NCBI GenBank assembly: GCA_963729825.1
Contig: CAVSQR010000056.1
Span: forward strand, 12,362 to 76,361
DNA length: 64,000 nucleotides
Direction: 5' to 3'
Source: an uncultured delta proteobacterium
GTDB lineage: Bacteria > Desulfobacterota > Desulfobulbia > Desulfobulbales > SURF-16
In this document: one piece after another, positions 47,700 through 57,688 of the stretch
Position numbering within the stretch: position 1 is the first letter of the stretch
Layout of the letters: each line of letters begins with the position of its first letter
Made by a program: the position numbers and the translations under genes
Notes under the pieces: generated by a model
Seen by the model: the letters and a program-made list of their open reading frames with translations, nothing else
Told to the model about the DNA's origin: nothing
The model's database searches: none

Positions 47700-49049
47700 A
47701 TGGCAAAAAATCTGTATATGGTCAGCCTTGGCTGCCCGAAAAACCTTGTTGATTCAGAGATCATGCTTGCCCTGCTGGCAGCTGACGGCTATCAGATCTG
47801 CCAGGATCCGGATCAGGCCGATCTGTTGCTGGTCAACACCTGCGGCTTTATCCAGCCGGCGGTGGAAGAGGCCATTGATGAAATTATCCTGCTCGGGCAA
47901 TACAAGGATAAAAAACCGGGGGTCAAACTCGTGGTGACAGGCTGCCTGGTCCAGCGCTACGGCAAGGAATTGCCAAAGGAATTTCCTGAGGTTGATCTCT
48001 TTATCGGGGTGGATGGCTTCCACAGCATAGCAGCCCTGGTGGCTGATCCGGATAAACAACAGAACCGCCTTATTATTCCCGCCCAGCGCTTTCTCATGAA
48101 CTCGACCATGCCCCGAAAGGTGTCCACCCCGCCGCACCGGGCCTATCTGAAAATTTCCGAAGGCTGCTCAAACCGCTGCTCATACTGCCTTATACCTTCC
48201 ATCCGCGGTCCCCTGCGCAGCCGGCCCATGGCTGACCTGGCAAGTGAGGCGGCGAGATTGACTGGAGCAGGCGTACGGGAACTCACCCTGGTCGGCCAGG
48301 ACGTGACTGCCTACGGCATCGATCTCGGCGGGAAAAAATCAACCCTGCCGGCACTGATCACCACCATTTTAGACGCATGCACTGCCGACTGGCTTCGGCT
48401 TCTTTACCTCTACCCCAACCGCATCAGCCATGAACTCCTTTCGCTCATGGCGGAGGAGGACCGCCTGCTCAACTACCTGGATATCCCATTGCAGCACATC
48501 AGCAGCAGGGTGCTCAAAAAAATGAATCGGCCCTTCACCAGCCGCCAGGTCCATGAGCTGCTGGAACGCATCCGCAGCAAGGTGCCGGAGGCCGCCATCC
48601 GCACAACCTTCATCGTCGGCTTTCCGGGGGAAACGGACCAGGACGTGGAAGAGCTTGCCGAATTTCTCAAAACATACCGGCTGAACAACGTGGGCATTTT
48701 CACCTACGCCAATGAAGAAGGGTGTGCCGCAGAGCATTTTGCCGATCAGTGTACGGAGGAAATCAAACAACAACGTCACGATTATCTGATGGAAATGCAA
48801 GCGCAGATTTCGCTGGAAAAAAACCGAGAGCTCATCGGCAGGACATTGCCGGTGCTGGTGGAAGGATTAAGCCAGGAGACGGATTTGCTGCTGGAAGGAA
48901 GAACGCAGTCACAGGCGCCTGAAATAGACGGATGCGTTTACATCACTGATGGTCAGTGTGCAGCAGGAGAAATTGTCATGGTCAAGATTACGGAAGCGCA
49001 TCCCTATGATCTGGTGGGGTTGATTGCCGGCGCATCACAGGACGCATAG
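47700..49049 (+). CDS. rimO: Ribosomal protein S12 methylthiotransferase
   Basis: The N-terminus is MVSLGCPKNLVDSE and the radical SAM motif is EGCSNRCSYCLIP. A C-terminal TRAM-like region is present; the protein is 449 aa. Confidence 0.85.
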   Translation: MAKNLYMVSLGCPKNLVDSEIMLALLAADGYQICQDPDQADLLLVNTCGFIQPAVEEAIDEIILLGQYKDKKPGVKLVVTGCLVQRYGKELPKEFPEVDLFIGVDGFHSIAALVADPDKQQNRLIIPAQRFLMNSTMPRKVSTPPHRAYLKISEGCSNRCSYCLIPSIRGPLRSRPMADLASEAARLTGAGVRELTLVGQDVTAYGIDLGGKKSTLPALITTILDACTADWLRLLYLYPNRISHELLSLMAEEDRLLNYLDIPLQHISSRVLKKMNRPFTSRQVHELLERIRSKVPEAAIRTTFIVGFPGETDQDVEELAEFLKTYRLNNVGIFTYANEEGCAAEHFADQCTEEIKQQRHDYLMEMQAQISLEKNRELIGRTLPVLVEGLSQETDLLLEGRTQSQAPEIDGCVYITDGQCAAGEIVMVKITEAHPYDLVGLIAGASQDA

Positions 49050-49054
49050 GTTAT

Positions 49055-49089
49055 CTCCCCCTCCCGTCTTTGCAAGAGGGGCGGGGGAG
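49055..49089. terminator. GC-rich hairpin between the convergent rimO and IHF genes (no clear U-tract)
   Basis: The hairpin ctccccctccc...gggcgggggag has about 10 bp of stem with one mismatch. Confidence 0.3.
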
Positions 49090-49123
49090 CGATACGCAGA
49101 AGGCAATAAGGGCTGACCGAAGG

Positions 49124-49405
49124 TTAGGAGCTTTGGTTCACCCGCTCCTTCAGTTCCTTCCCCACCTTGAAGAAAGGAAGTTTTTTCGGCGGGACCTCAA
49201 TTTTCTCCCCTGTTTTGGGATTGCGCCCCTGATATGATTCATACTCCTTGATGACAAAACTGCCAAAGCCCCTGATCTCGATACTCTCACCGGATGCCAA
49301 GGTGTCAATCATGGTCTCCAGAATGGTATTGGTGATTGAGCTGGCTTCTCTATGAGGCAGATTTTCCTGCTGGGCAATGGCCTCAATCAATTCTGATTTG
49401 TTCAT
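49124..49405 (-). CDS. HU/IHF-family DNA-binding protein (IHF beta-like)
   Basis: The sequence is MNKSELIEAIA...IEIRGFGSFVIKEYESYQGRNPKTGEKIEVPPKKLPFFKVGKELKERV. Confidence 0.85.
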   Translation of the reverse strand: MNKSELIEAIAQQENLPHREASSITNTILETMIDTLASGESIEIRGFGSFVIKEYESYQGRNPKTGEKIEVPPKKLPFFKVGKELKERVNQSS

Positions 49406-49627
49406 CTTGGTCTCCCGAACGTATCAGTTATAAACAATGTTACACCTTCTAAACGAAACATGTAACAGCACGCTTTTACTAAAAATAATCCATAAAAGCT
49501 AATTTGCGCAACATCTCAGGCCAAATCTCTAACCTCCTGACATTGCTCCTTTTTTCCAAACTAACGAAAATATCTTATACAGATAAATGTCGGAATGTAA
49601 AGGCATTTTGCAAAAAAAATACAATTT

Positions 49628-50366
49628 TTACTGAAAAGAGGGGGAAATCGAGCTGCCGGCAAGGATCTTTTCGATATCCTTTCTGCCGATGATTCTGAAT
49701 TTTCCGCTAGGCAAAGAGCCAAGCTTCAGTCTGCCATAGGCGATGCGTTTTAGCTCCAGGACAGGATGGCCGATGGCGGCGAACATTTTTCGCACCTGGC
49801 GCTTTCTCCCCTCATGGATGGTAATTTCGACGACAGCGAACCGGGCGGTTTCCCGGATTACCTTGAGTTTGGCCGGAGAGGTGCGGCGTCCTTCCAGCTC
49901 TATACCTTGAGCCAGGCGTCCTATGGCGTCAACGGACGGACGGCCGGTAACTTTTGCCACATAGGTTTTCGTGATTTCAAAACTTGGATGCAGGATGTGC
50001 TGGGCAAGCTCCCCATCATTGGTGAGCAGCAATGCCCCTTCCGTATCAAGATCAAGCCTGCCCACCGGGAATACCCGCTGGCTGACCACCCGTAAGCAGC
50101 GAGGTGACAATGGGACGCCCCTGGGGATCACTCAGGGTGGTGACGTAGCCGGTAGGCTTATTGAGCAGAATATAGATTTTTTCTTCAGAGCAATGAATGG
50201 GCTTGCCGTTCAGGCAAATCTCGTGATCAGCGGGATCAACCTTGATCCCCATGTCGGTGACAACCTTGCCGTCGATGGAGACTCTCCCATCGCTGATATA
50301 CTGTTCAGCCGTGCGACGGGAACCGGCTCCTGACCGGGCAAGAATTTTCTGCAGGCGCTCTTTCAT
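49628..50366 (-). CDS. S4-domain rRNA pseudouridine synthase (RsuA/RluB family), frameshifted near 50089-50092
   Basis: The N-terminus is MKERLQKILARSGAGSRRTAEQYISDGRVSIDG...LLNKPTGYVTT. The C-terminal part (ORF 49628..50131) contains VFPVGRLDLDTEGALLLTNDGEL. Confidence 0.85.
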
Positions 50367-50400
50367 TTACCGGAGCGGGTATGGAAAACAACAATGCAGC

Positions 50401-50836
50401 CTATTGATAATCCCCTCTCCGATACTTGGCCGCCTCAACGTAGGAAACCGTGGCAACCCGGTCAAGAAGTTTGGCAAGAGGGTCTTCGGCCGGAAGTTTT
50501 TCCTTCAGACCAAGAATAGAGCCGGTATCTTCCTCCAGGGCCTCAACCAACGGTTCAAGATCCTCTGCCGGCAGACGTAAGATTATTTAAAGCGCTACCA
50601 AACGACTCCAGACTGTTAATCGTCGCCTCAGCCACGGAGAGACTCTCAATACGCAATCCAGGGGTAACCTGACCGGCGGAAGAGACGCTGGCGGCGAAAC
50701 CGGAAGCAGCAGAGGAGGTGACGGACAGCAGCTCTGCTTCCAGCAGATCTTTAAAATCAGCCCCGGATATGGGTTTTGACCTTTTCTGGTCGGACTGGCC
50801 GCTATTTTGTATTCCCTGCAAATTCGTTATCTTCAT
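50401..50836 (-). CDS. Hypothetical protein (about 144 aa), frameshifted near 50572-50581
   Basis: ATG 50836 has ggagg 6 nt upstream and opens MKITNLQGIQNSG. My translation of the second frame gives LPAEDLEPLVEALEEDTGSILGLKEKLPAEDPLAKLLDRVATVSYVEAAKYRRGDYQ*. I recognise no family. Confidence 0.4.
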
Positions 50837-51150
50837 ATCGTGCCTCCACTGAGGATCACCGCGCTTGCTTTCTCCTGCTTTCATTTTCCTGTTTACCATA
50901 GCCTCAATATAACATATCGGCAAAAAAAACAAATTCTTTAATAAAAGAACAGCAGCTCAAACAGTCAAATAGTGGCCATTTTTTCCGGCAGCCCACTCTT
51001 TTTTCCGCTAAAACAAACCAACAAAATTCATTTTATCGGAATAATTAATCATATTTTTCCGTTATTTTGGACAAATCAAGATAAGCGATCTAGCAGCTCC
51101 ATGAAGATAACTACCGTTAATCAATAAATAAAAATTAATATTTCCTCGCG

Positions 51151-51166
51151 TGGAATGGGTATTGCT
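51151..51166 (+). promoter_or_regulatory. Candidate sigma-54 (-24/-12) promoter
   Basis: The sequence is TGGAAT-gggta-TTGCT, with GG and GC 12 nt apart as in TGGCAC-N5-TTGC. It lies 120 nt upstream of the PEP-CTERM gene. Confidence 0.4.
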
Positions 51167-51285
51167 TTAGATAGGAAACAGAAAGCAGCATCGCACCTTG
51201 CACTTCCTGTTGCTCTCGTCCTGACAAAATACTACCTGCAAAATTTTATTCCGGGAAATAGACGCCAAAACCCAAGGAGTAACAA

Positions 51286-51840
51286 ATGAAAACAAGCAAA
51301 ATTCTCACTGTTGTCTTTACCTGCCTGCTCACCATGTCCGCGCAAACAGCGATGGCAAACATCATCACCACCCCGCCCGAGTTCGACGGGACATGGACAG
51401 TCGTTTGCAATTACGGCTTGGGATTCTCGGTATATGACCCGGTTGCAGATGGCATGATGTTTGTCGGAGGGGAAAATGATCCGCTGCAATTCGCCATAAC
51501 AACGGAAACATATCCTGTTTTCACTCCGGTTTATGTCCTTGCCGCTGCAAGCGGTTATTTTGCCAGCTATGACCAGATCCTGGATGCCGGCGATTCATTT
51601 CTGGGCCAGGACAGAGAGGTGAAAATATCCTTTGCCATCAGCGGCACGGATACCCCTTTTACGGTTTATGACGGGGGAACATATCAGGGGTTGCAGTTGA
51701 TCGTTAATAACAGGGAAACCGGCCTGATAACCGTGAAATGCGCGACCCCCAACCCGGTTCCCGTTCCCGGCGCGGTGTGGCTGCTCGGCAGTGGCTTGGT
51801 CGGCATCGTCTCCCTGCGCAGAAAGGGCAATCAGCAGTAA
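51286..51840 (+). CDS. Secreted protein with a PEP-CTERM-type (VPxP) C-terminal sorting signal
   Basis: The signal peptide is MKTSKILTVVFTCLLTMSAQTAMA. The C-terminus is PVPVPGAVWLLGSGLVGIVSLRRKGNQQ: motif, TM helix and basic tail. Confidence 0.75.
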   Translation: MKTSKILTVVFTCLLTMSAQTAMANIITTPPEFDGTWTVVCNYGLGFSVYDPVADGMMFVGGENDPLQFAITTETYPVFTPVYVLAAASGYFASYDQILDAGDSFLGQDREVKISFAISGTDTPFTVYDGGTYQGLQLIVNNRETGLITVKCATPNPVPVPGAVWLLGSGLVGIVSLRRKGNQQ

Positions 51841-51862
51841 TTTTCCATACCCGGCCAAGCTA

Positions 51863-51969
51863 CTTAAGCCGTTGTCAAAGAATAACTTGACCGGAGAAAT
51901 TCCGGAACGGCATAAGGAGCCGTAACGAAATTCAAAAAATGGACAAGTTATTTCGTAACGGCTCCTAAG
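51863..51969. repeat. Family-1 repeat, copy E (full length, same orientation as copy A)
   Basis: The sequence is cttaagccgttgtcaaag...cataaggagccgtaacgaaat-tcaaaaaatggacaagtt-atttcgtaacggctcctaag. Confidence 0.85.
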
Positions 51970-51974
51970 CAAAA

Positions 51975-52009
51975 AGAGCTGTTGTTTCTTATTCTGAAAC
52001 AACAGCTCT
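51975..52009. terminator. Bidirectional rho-independent terminator
   Basis: A perfect 14-bp stem, agagctgttgtttc...gaaacaacagctct, is flanked by A5 and T5 runs between convergent genes. Confidence 0.8.
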
Positions 52010-52028
52010 TTTTATGTCCGATAAAAGA

Positions 52029-53808
52029 TCAGCGCAGCTTCTTCGGCAGCAGGGAGTCAATTTTCGCATCAACCTGCTTTTTGGTAGCGGGATCCACCTC
52101 GAGCACCTGGGGATACCAGGGCTTTAAGCGGCAATCAAAGACAATGGGGGGGACAAGCCCCACATGAAAGCGGCGGACACTCTGGCTGGCGCAATAAATA
52201 TCCGCAGCCGGTTCAAAGCGGGTGAAAAAGGTCCAGACAAACTCCTGCAGGCTGACCGTCGCCTCCTCGAGATTATCCACCAGCAGCACCACCGGCCATT
52301 CGGCAAAGGCTCTCTCCGCGGCAACCCTCTGCGGCAGAGACTTTTCCGTTTCATATCCCGCACACTCGACCACCAGGGTGCCGGGCAAAAAGGCCCTGGC
52401 AGCCGTGCAGCCGAAGGGCAACTCCCCGTGAAAAGAGCGGGGCAACACGTTTTTGGCTTCACGACCAAGCCCCATCAGCAGCGCCTTGGAGCCGTTATTG
52501 ACCGAAGGGCCGGTATAATCCAGGGTATCCTGGGAGACATTGGCAAAAACAAAGAGATCCTGCTGCCAGTTCACCCTTTCCAGCACATGCACCCACAGGG
52601 TGGCGAAATTGTCGATATCAATATCCCCGTCCGTTATGATGAGAAATTTCGTCAGTGACAGCTGGCCTTCCCCCAGGATGCGCAGCCCGGAGGCAAAGGC
52701 CTCCCGGGGATAGCGATCGGTGACCCGGGCGGCGGCCAGGCAGTGGAAACCCGTCTCGCCAAAGGTCTTGAGCTGTTTCACCCCGCTCATCACCATGGGG
52801 AAAAGCGGCGACAGCAGGTCCTGGAGAAAATCGCCGATATAAAAATCCTCCTGCTTGGGACGGCCCACCACCGTGGCCGGATAGATGGCGTCCTGGCGAT
52901 GATAGAGCCGGTCAACCTGAAAGACCGGGTAGTCATGGGTCAGGGAGTTGTAGCCGTAATGATCGCCAAAGGGGCCCTCCGGGCGGCGCATATGGGGCGG
53001 CACAACGCCCTTGGCGGCAAACTCGACATTGGCGACCAGATTGTGGCCGCCCAGTGGGTCTTTCACCATGGGCAGCTTCTCGCCAAGCAGCAGCGAGGCC
53101 AGCATCAGTTCAGGCAGATTTTCCGGCAACGGGGCAATGGCGGCCATGATCAGGGCCGGCGGACCGCCGATGAACAGGGTCATGGGCAGACTTTCATTGC
53201 GGGCCTCCGCCGCATGGTAGTGATAACCGCCGCCTTTATGGATCTGCCAGTGGATGCCGGTGGTCTCGTCATCATAACGCTGGATGCGGTACATGCCGAG
53301 ATTGTGGCCCCGGCCGCCGGGATGCTCGGTGTACACCAGGGGCAGGGTCACAAAGGCACCCCCGTCCGTTTTCCAGGAGGTAAGCATGGGCAGTTCGGTC
53401 AAACGGGCAGGCCGCATGGCAGTTGTCCAGAATGGGGCCGGTTTTCACTATTTTGGTGCCGATCCTGGCCGCCTGCGGCACCAGGCCGCGCATTGACCAG
53501 ATTTTACCGAAACTTGGCGGCATGAGCTGCTCAACGGCCCGCACCAGGTCTGCAACAAACTGCTGGGCCCGGTGGCCGAAGGATATCTCCATGCGCCGTG
53601 CCGTGCCGAACAGATTGGTGGCCACGGGAAAACGGCTGCCCTTTACTTTGTTGAAAAGCAGGGCCGGCCCACCCTGGGCGATCACCCGTCGATGAATCTC
53701 GGCAATTTCCAGATGCGGATCAACCTCCACGTCTATTTCCAGCAGGTCTGCCTCCTGGCGCAAAACATTGAGATAGGAGCGAAGATCTTTGATAATCGGG
53801 TAATGCAC
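52029..53808 (-). CDS. UbiD-family decarboxylase (menaquinone-biosynthesis decarboxylase-like), frameshifted near 53415-53421
   Basis: From the GTG start the N-terminus reads MHYPIIKDLRSYLNVLRQEADLLEIDVEVDPHLEIAEIHRRV. The C-terminal ORF contains LPMLTSWKTDGGAFVTLPLVYTEHP...NLGMYRIQ. Confidence 0.85.
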
Positions 53809-54074
53809 TACTTATCCTCGTTCAGAAAAAGGGTATGATATTCTTCTTCCTGCAGATGCTTCTTCATGAGCCTGGTCAAAAAATCAACGGTTGCCTCGAT
53901 ATCTGCATCGGCCAGGCGGGGAATAAGCGCCTCCAGCATGGCAGGCGCGGAAAACAACTGCAGAAAAGCGGCAAGGGAACGCTCATCGGTCTCCCGGTTG
54001 AGGCCGAAACACATTTCAGCCGGATCGATTTTTTTTTGGAGAAGTGATCTTTCCATGGATTGCAGCCCCTTCAT
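53808..54074 (-). CDS. Hypothetical small cytoplasmic protein (88 aa)
   Basis: Its TAG stop overlaps the GTG start of the UbiD-family gene by 1 nt (TAGTG). I recognise no family. Confidence 0.4.
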   Translation of the reverse strand: MKGLQSMERSLLQKKIDPAEMCFGLNRETDERSLAAFLQLFSAPAMLEALIPRLADADIEATVDFLTRLMKKHLQEEEYHTLFLNEDK

Positions 54075-54112
54075 CTGTTATGATATTTAATATTTATTTC
54101 AACTAGTAACAA

Positions 54113-54868
54113 ATGATTAACATGACATCAGCCAAAAAAAATGACCCTGCCTCCTCGGGCTGGGTTGCCCAGCAGGCGGGCTATGACTATACCAGATCCG
54201 AGGATATCATCAGCAATACGCTGAACTGGCTTCAGGCGAAACGGGTCTTCGTCAGTCTGCTGCACAAAGGGTATCAGTCAGGCGGCACAATTATCGTTGA
54301 TGCCGACCAGCAGAAAGTCGTGGTCGACAAACCGAAAGACTGGCCCGCAACCCATACCAGCTTCAGGGTGATCTTCCGCAATGCGGCAAAACTGTGGAGC
54401 CACTTCCCCGGTGAACTGCTGTCCGCCTCGGCAGACTCTCTGGTTCTCAAACGGCCGGAAGAATTATTCATCCTCCAGCGCCGGCAGCACTACCGGATCA
54501 ATCTCCCCGAGGGAAGCCTGGCTACTTTCCTGTATAACCAGAAAAAGTGCAAGCTTAATATGCAGGATCTCAGCGCCGGCGGCATGCTGCTCAGCGCCAA
54601 GAACCCCAAAGACCTGCCGCAACAGCATCATACCATAAAAAACATCATCATCACCATACCCTCGGACGATGCCGTAGCCGGGGCGGATAACGGGGTCCTG
54701 CGCTTTAAAATCAAAGAGGGGGAGGTGGTTCGCGCCTTTGCCAACAGCAAATTGCGCCTGTTCTGCCTGGGGGTACGGTTTTCCCCGGACAGACCGGAAG
54801 AGGAACGGATCATGAAATATATCCGCCAGCGGGAACTGGCCCTGCTGCGCAAAGGCCTCCAGGAGTAA
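54113..54868 (+). CDS. PilZ-domain c-di-GMP receptor (YcgR-like architecture)
   Basis: The RxxxR motif appears in LQRRQHYRI and the D/NxSxxG motif in MQDLSAGGMLL. An N-terminal YcgR-N-like domain is present. Confidence 0.75.
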   Translation: MINMTSAKKNDPASSGWVAQQAGYDYTRSEDIISNTLNWLQAKRVFVSLLHKGYQSGGTIIVDADQQKVVVDKPKDWPATHTSFRVIFRNAAKLWSHFPGELLSASADSLVLKRPEELFILQRRQHYRINLPEGSLATFLYNQKKCKLNMQDLSAGGMLLSAKNPKDLPQQHHTIKNIIITIPSDDAVAGADNGVLRFKIKEGEVVRAFANSKLRLFCLGVRFSPDRPEEERIMKYIRQRELALLRKGLQE

Positions 54869-54875
54869 TAGTCTC

Positions 54876-55272
54876 TCAGCCCACCCGCCAGTGCACCTTC
54901 CTGGTCCTCGGTCCATCAAACTCGCAGAAAAATATCTTCTGCCAGGTCCCGAGCTGCAGTCTGCCGTTTTCCACAAAGATGGTAACCGATGAGCCGAACA
55001 GGGAAGCCAGCACATGGGATGGCGAGTTGCCCTCCAGATGGCTGTAATCCAGCCCGAAAGGAATGATCTTCCGCACCGCCTTGATGATATCGCTCCTGCA
55101 CCGCCGGATCCGCCCCTTCATTAATGGTGAGCCCGGCGGTGGTATGGGGATTATAAAGATAGCAGAGGCCATCAGTTATCTTGCTTTTTGCGATTTCTTT
55201 TTCTATCCTAGCAGTGATATCGACTAACTCCATCGAGTTTGCCGTGGACACCGAGATTGTTCCTTTTTGCAT
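54876..55272 (-). CDS. YjbQ/UPF0047 family protein (secondary thiamine-phosphate synthase-like), frameshifted near 55088-55100
   Basis: The sequence is MQKGTISVSTANSMELVDITARIEKEI...LCYLYNPHTTAGLTINEGADPAV, then SDIIKAVRKIIPFGLDYSHLEGNSPSHV...ENGRLQLGTWQKIFFCEFDGPR. Confidence 0.8.
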
Positions 55273-55538
55273 ATTTTCCTCCGCGAAATATGATGGCTTC
55301 CTATTTATACCCCATGAGGGTAAAAAGTCTCGGCGCCGAATACCGTGACGATAAATCAACAACTTATCATGCACTGTACGGCTGTCGAGCGGGTTTTTAC
55401 GAGACAGTCAAGTATGTATAATGTATATCAAAATCAATAAGGTACCCATATTGTGGATGACGCAGGAAGTCAAATTGATTATAGCAGTGCAAATAAATTT
55501 TGACAGAGATTCCGCAACGCGCGGGCAAGGGGGATGTT

Positions 55539-56172
55539 ATGATTGACAAAATACTGAGCAATCTTGACTGGCTGGGGCATGACTGTTTCCGTCTGCGCGC
55601 CGCAGGGCAGGTCGTCTATTTTGACCCGTTTCAGCTTTCCGGCGATCTTCCTCCGGCCGACCTTATTCTGGTGAGCCATATGCATTATGATCACTTCTCT
55701 CCGGATGACATAGAAAAAATCAGGCAGGAATCAACCCTTATCATCACCGTACCGGAAGCGGCGGCCAAGCTCTCCGGCAACGTCAAAGCCATGCAGCCCG
55801 GACAATCTGTCACCTCGGGTCCTTTTACCATCGAGGCGGTCCGCGCCTATAACACCAACAAAAAATTTCACCCGCAGGCCAACAACTGGCTCGGCTTTAT
55901 CGTTACGGTCGAGGGCGTGCGTATTTATCATGCCGGAGATACCGACCACATCCCGGAGATGGCTAACTACCAGGCCGATATCGCCCTGCTGCCCGTCTCC
56001 GGCACCTATGTCATGACCGCAGACGAGGCGGCGCAGGCGGCCCTTGACGATTAACCCCAAGGTTGCGGTGCCCATGCATTTCGGCTCCATTGTCGGCGAG
56101 CAATCCGACGCGGAACGTTTTGCCGCAAAACTTGTCAATAAAATAAAAGTCCACATTCCCCGGAAAAAGTAA
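55539..56172 (+). CDS. MBL-fold metal-dependent hydrolase (UPF0173-like), frameshifted near 56045-56055
   Basis: The sequence contains LGHDCFRL and LILVSHMHYDHF. After ...AAQAAL my translation of the next frame gives INPKVAVPMHFGSIVGEQSDAERFAAKL...KK*. Confidence 0.75.
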
Positions 56173-56177
56173 TTAAC

Positions 56178-56846
56178 GTGAATTATTTTCCCATCAGCCT
56201 GAATATCCGCTCCCGCCGCTGCATCGTCATCGGCGGCGGCAAGGTGGCGGCACGCAAGGCAAAGGCACTGCTGGCCAGCCATGGCGAGGTAACGGTGATC
56301 AGCCCCGAGCTTGACGGGGAACTGGCCCCCCTTGCCCAGGATAACTCCATCACCTGGCTCAAGCGCGGCTACCGGCAGGGCGACCTGGCCGGCGCCTTCC
56401 TGGTCATTGCCGCCACCGATGACGTCGCCGTGCAGCAGGAGGTTTACCGGGAGGCTGAGGCAAACAATCTCCTGGTAAACGTTGCCGATGTGCCCAAATG
56501 GTGCAACTTCATCCTGCCGGCCACGGTGCGGCGGGGGGATCTGACCATTTCCGTGTCAACCGCGGGCAAAAGTCCGGCCCTGGCCAAACAGTTGCGGAAA
56601 AACCTGGAAAAAGAATACACGGATGATTATGATCTGCTGCTCCAGGTTCTCGGCAGGTTGCGGCCCATGGTGCTTGACCTGGGCCTGCCCCACGAAAAAA
56701 ACAAAATTATTTTTGAAAATCTGCTCCACAGGGATATGATTGACTGGCTGCACAGGCAAGACTGGCAGGCCCTGACGGATCACATCCGCTCTATCCTGGG
56801 CAAGGATATTTCCCTGGACGAGCTTGTCGGACACGCTGGACAATGA
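56178..56846 (+). CDS. Precorrin-2 dehydrogenase / sirohydrochlorin ferrochelatase (siroheme synthase N-terminal type)
   Basis: From the GTG start the sequence reads FPISLNIRSRRCIVIGGGKVAARKAKALL...FLVIAATDD...VNVADVPKWCNFILPA. Confidence 0.8.
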   Translation: MNYFPISLNIRSRRCIVIGGGKVAARKAKALLASHGEVTVISPELDGELAPLAQDNSITWLKRGYRQGDLAGAFLVIAATDDVAVQQEVYREAEANNLLVNVADVPKWCNFILPATVRRGDLTISVSTAGKSPALAKQLRKNLEKEYTDDYDLLLQVLGRLRPMVLDLGLPHEKNKIIFENLLHRDMIDWLHRQDWQALTDHIRSILGKDISLDELVGHAGQ

Positions 56847-56878
56847 AGGCAGCGTAAGACTCAACGGAGAATTTCTGC

Positions 56879-57688
56879 ATGCTTTTTTCACTTTCGCTCA
56901 TCGGATATTATTTATCCACCACCACCTATATTATCTTTTTCGTCACCCAGAAAAAGAAAATCCGGTCGGCGGCCCGCTGTCTGCTCTTCGGGGCCGGGGT
57001 GCTGCACACGGTGACTATCATCAGCCGTTATTTCCTGGCAGGCCACACACCGCTCACCACCCACTTTGACACGGTTTCCTTTTTTGCCTGGTCCATGACC
57101 TGGGCCTTTCTCTCCTTCCGCTGGCGTTATCAGGTGAAAAATTTCGGCACCTTTGTCTCCCTGGTCATTTCGGCCCTCATGACCATCGGCGCCCTCTCGT
57201 CCCAGACCATCGCGGAATTGCCGCCCGCCCTGCAAAGCGCCTGGCTGCCGGTTCACGCCAGCATCGCCATCATTGCCGACGGCTTTATGGCCATGGGCTT
57301 CTGCAGCGGCCTGATGTATCTCCTGCAGGAGCGGGAACTGAAAAAAAAGAGATTCGGCGTCTTTTACAGCCGCCTGCCTTCCCTGGAGGCCCTGGATAAT
57401 CTCATCCAGCACTGCCTGACCGTGGGCTTTCCGCTGCTGACGCTGGGCATCATCACCGGCTCCTTATGGGCCAAACAGGCATGGGGGGCATACTGGCACT
57501 GGGATCCAAAGGAGACCTGGTCGCTGATCACCTGGTTTCTTTACGCCGCCATGCTGCATCAGCGCTTTATCGCGGGATGGCGCGGAAAAAGGGCCGCCAT
57601 TCTGGCCATCATCGGTTTCATTGCCGTTTTGTTCACCCTGTGGGGTGTGACCTTTCTGCTGCCGGGAGTCCACTCATATGTCCGTTGA
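56879..57688 (+). CDS. Cytochrome c assembly (CcsA/HemX-like) membrane protein
   Basis: The Trp-rich motif is WAKQAWGAYWHWDPKETWSLITW, and there are eight predicted TM segments. It is adjacent to hemA. Confidence 0.75.
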   Translation: MLFSLSLIGYYLSTTTYIIFFVTQKKKIRSAARCLLFGAGVLHTVTIISRYFLAGHTPLTTHFDTVSFFAWSMTWAFLSFRWRYQVKNFGTFVSLVISALMTIGALSSQTIAELPPALQSAWLPVHASIAIIADGFMAMGFCSGLMYLLQERELKKKRFGVFYSRLPSLEALDNLIQHCLTVGFPLLTLGIITGSLWAKQAWGAYWHWDPKETWSLITWFLYAAMLHQRFIAGWRGKRAAILAIIGFIAVLFTLWGVTFLLPGVHSYVR

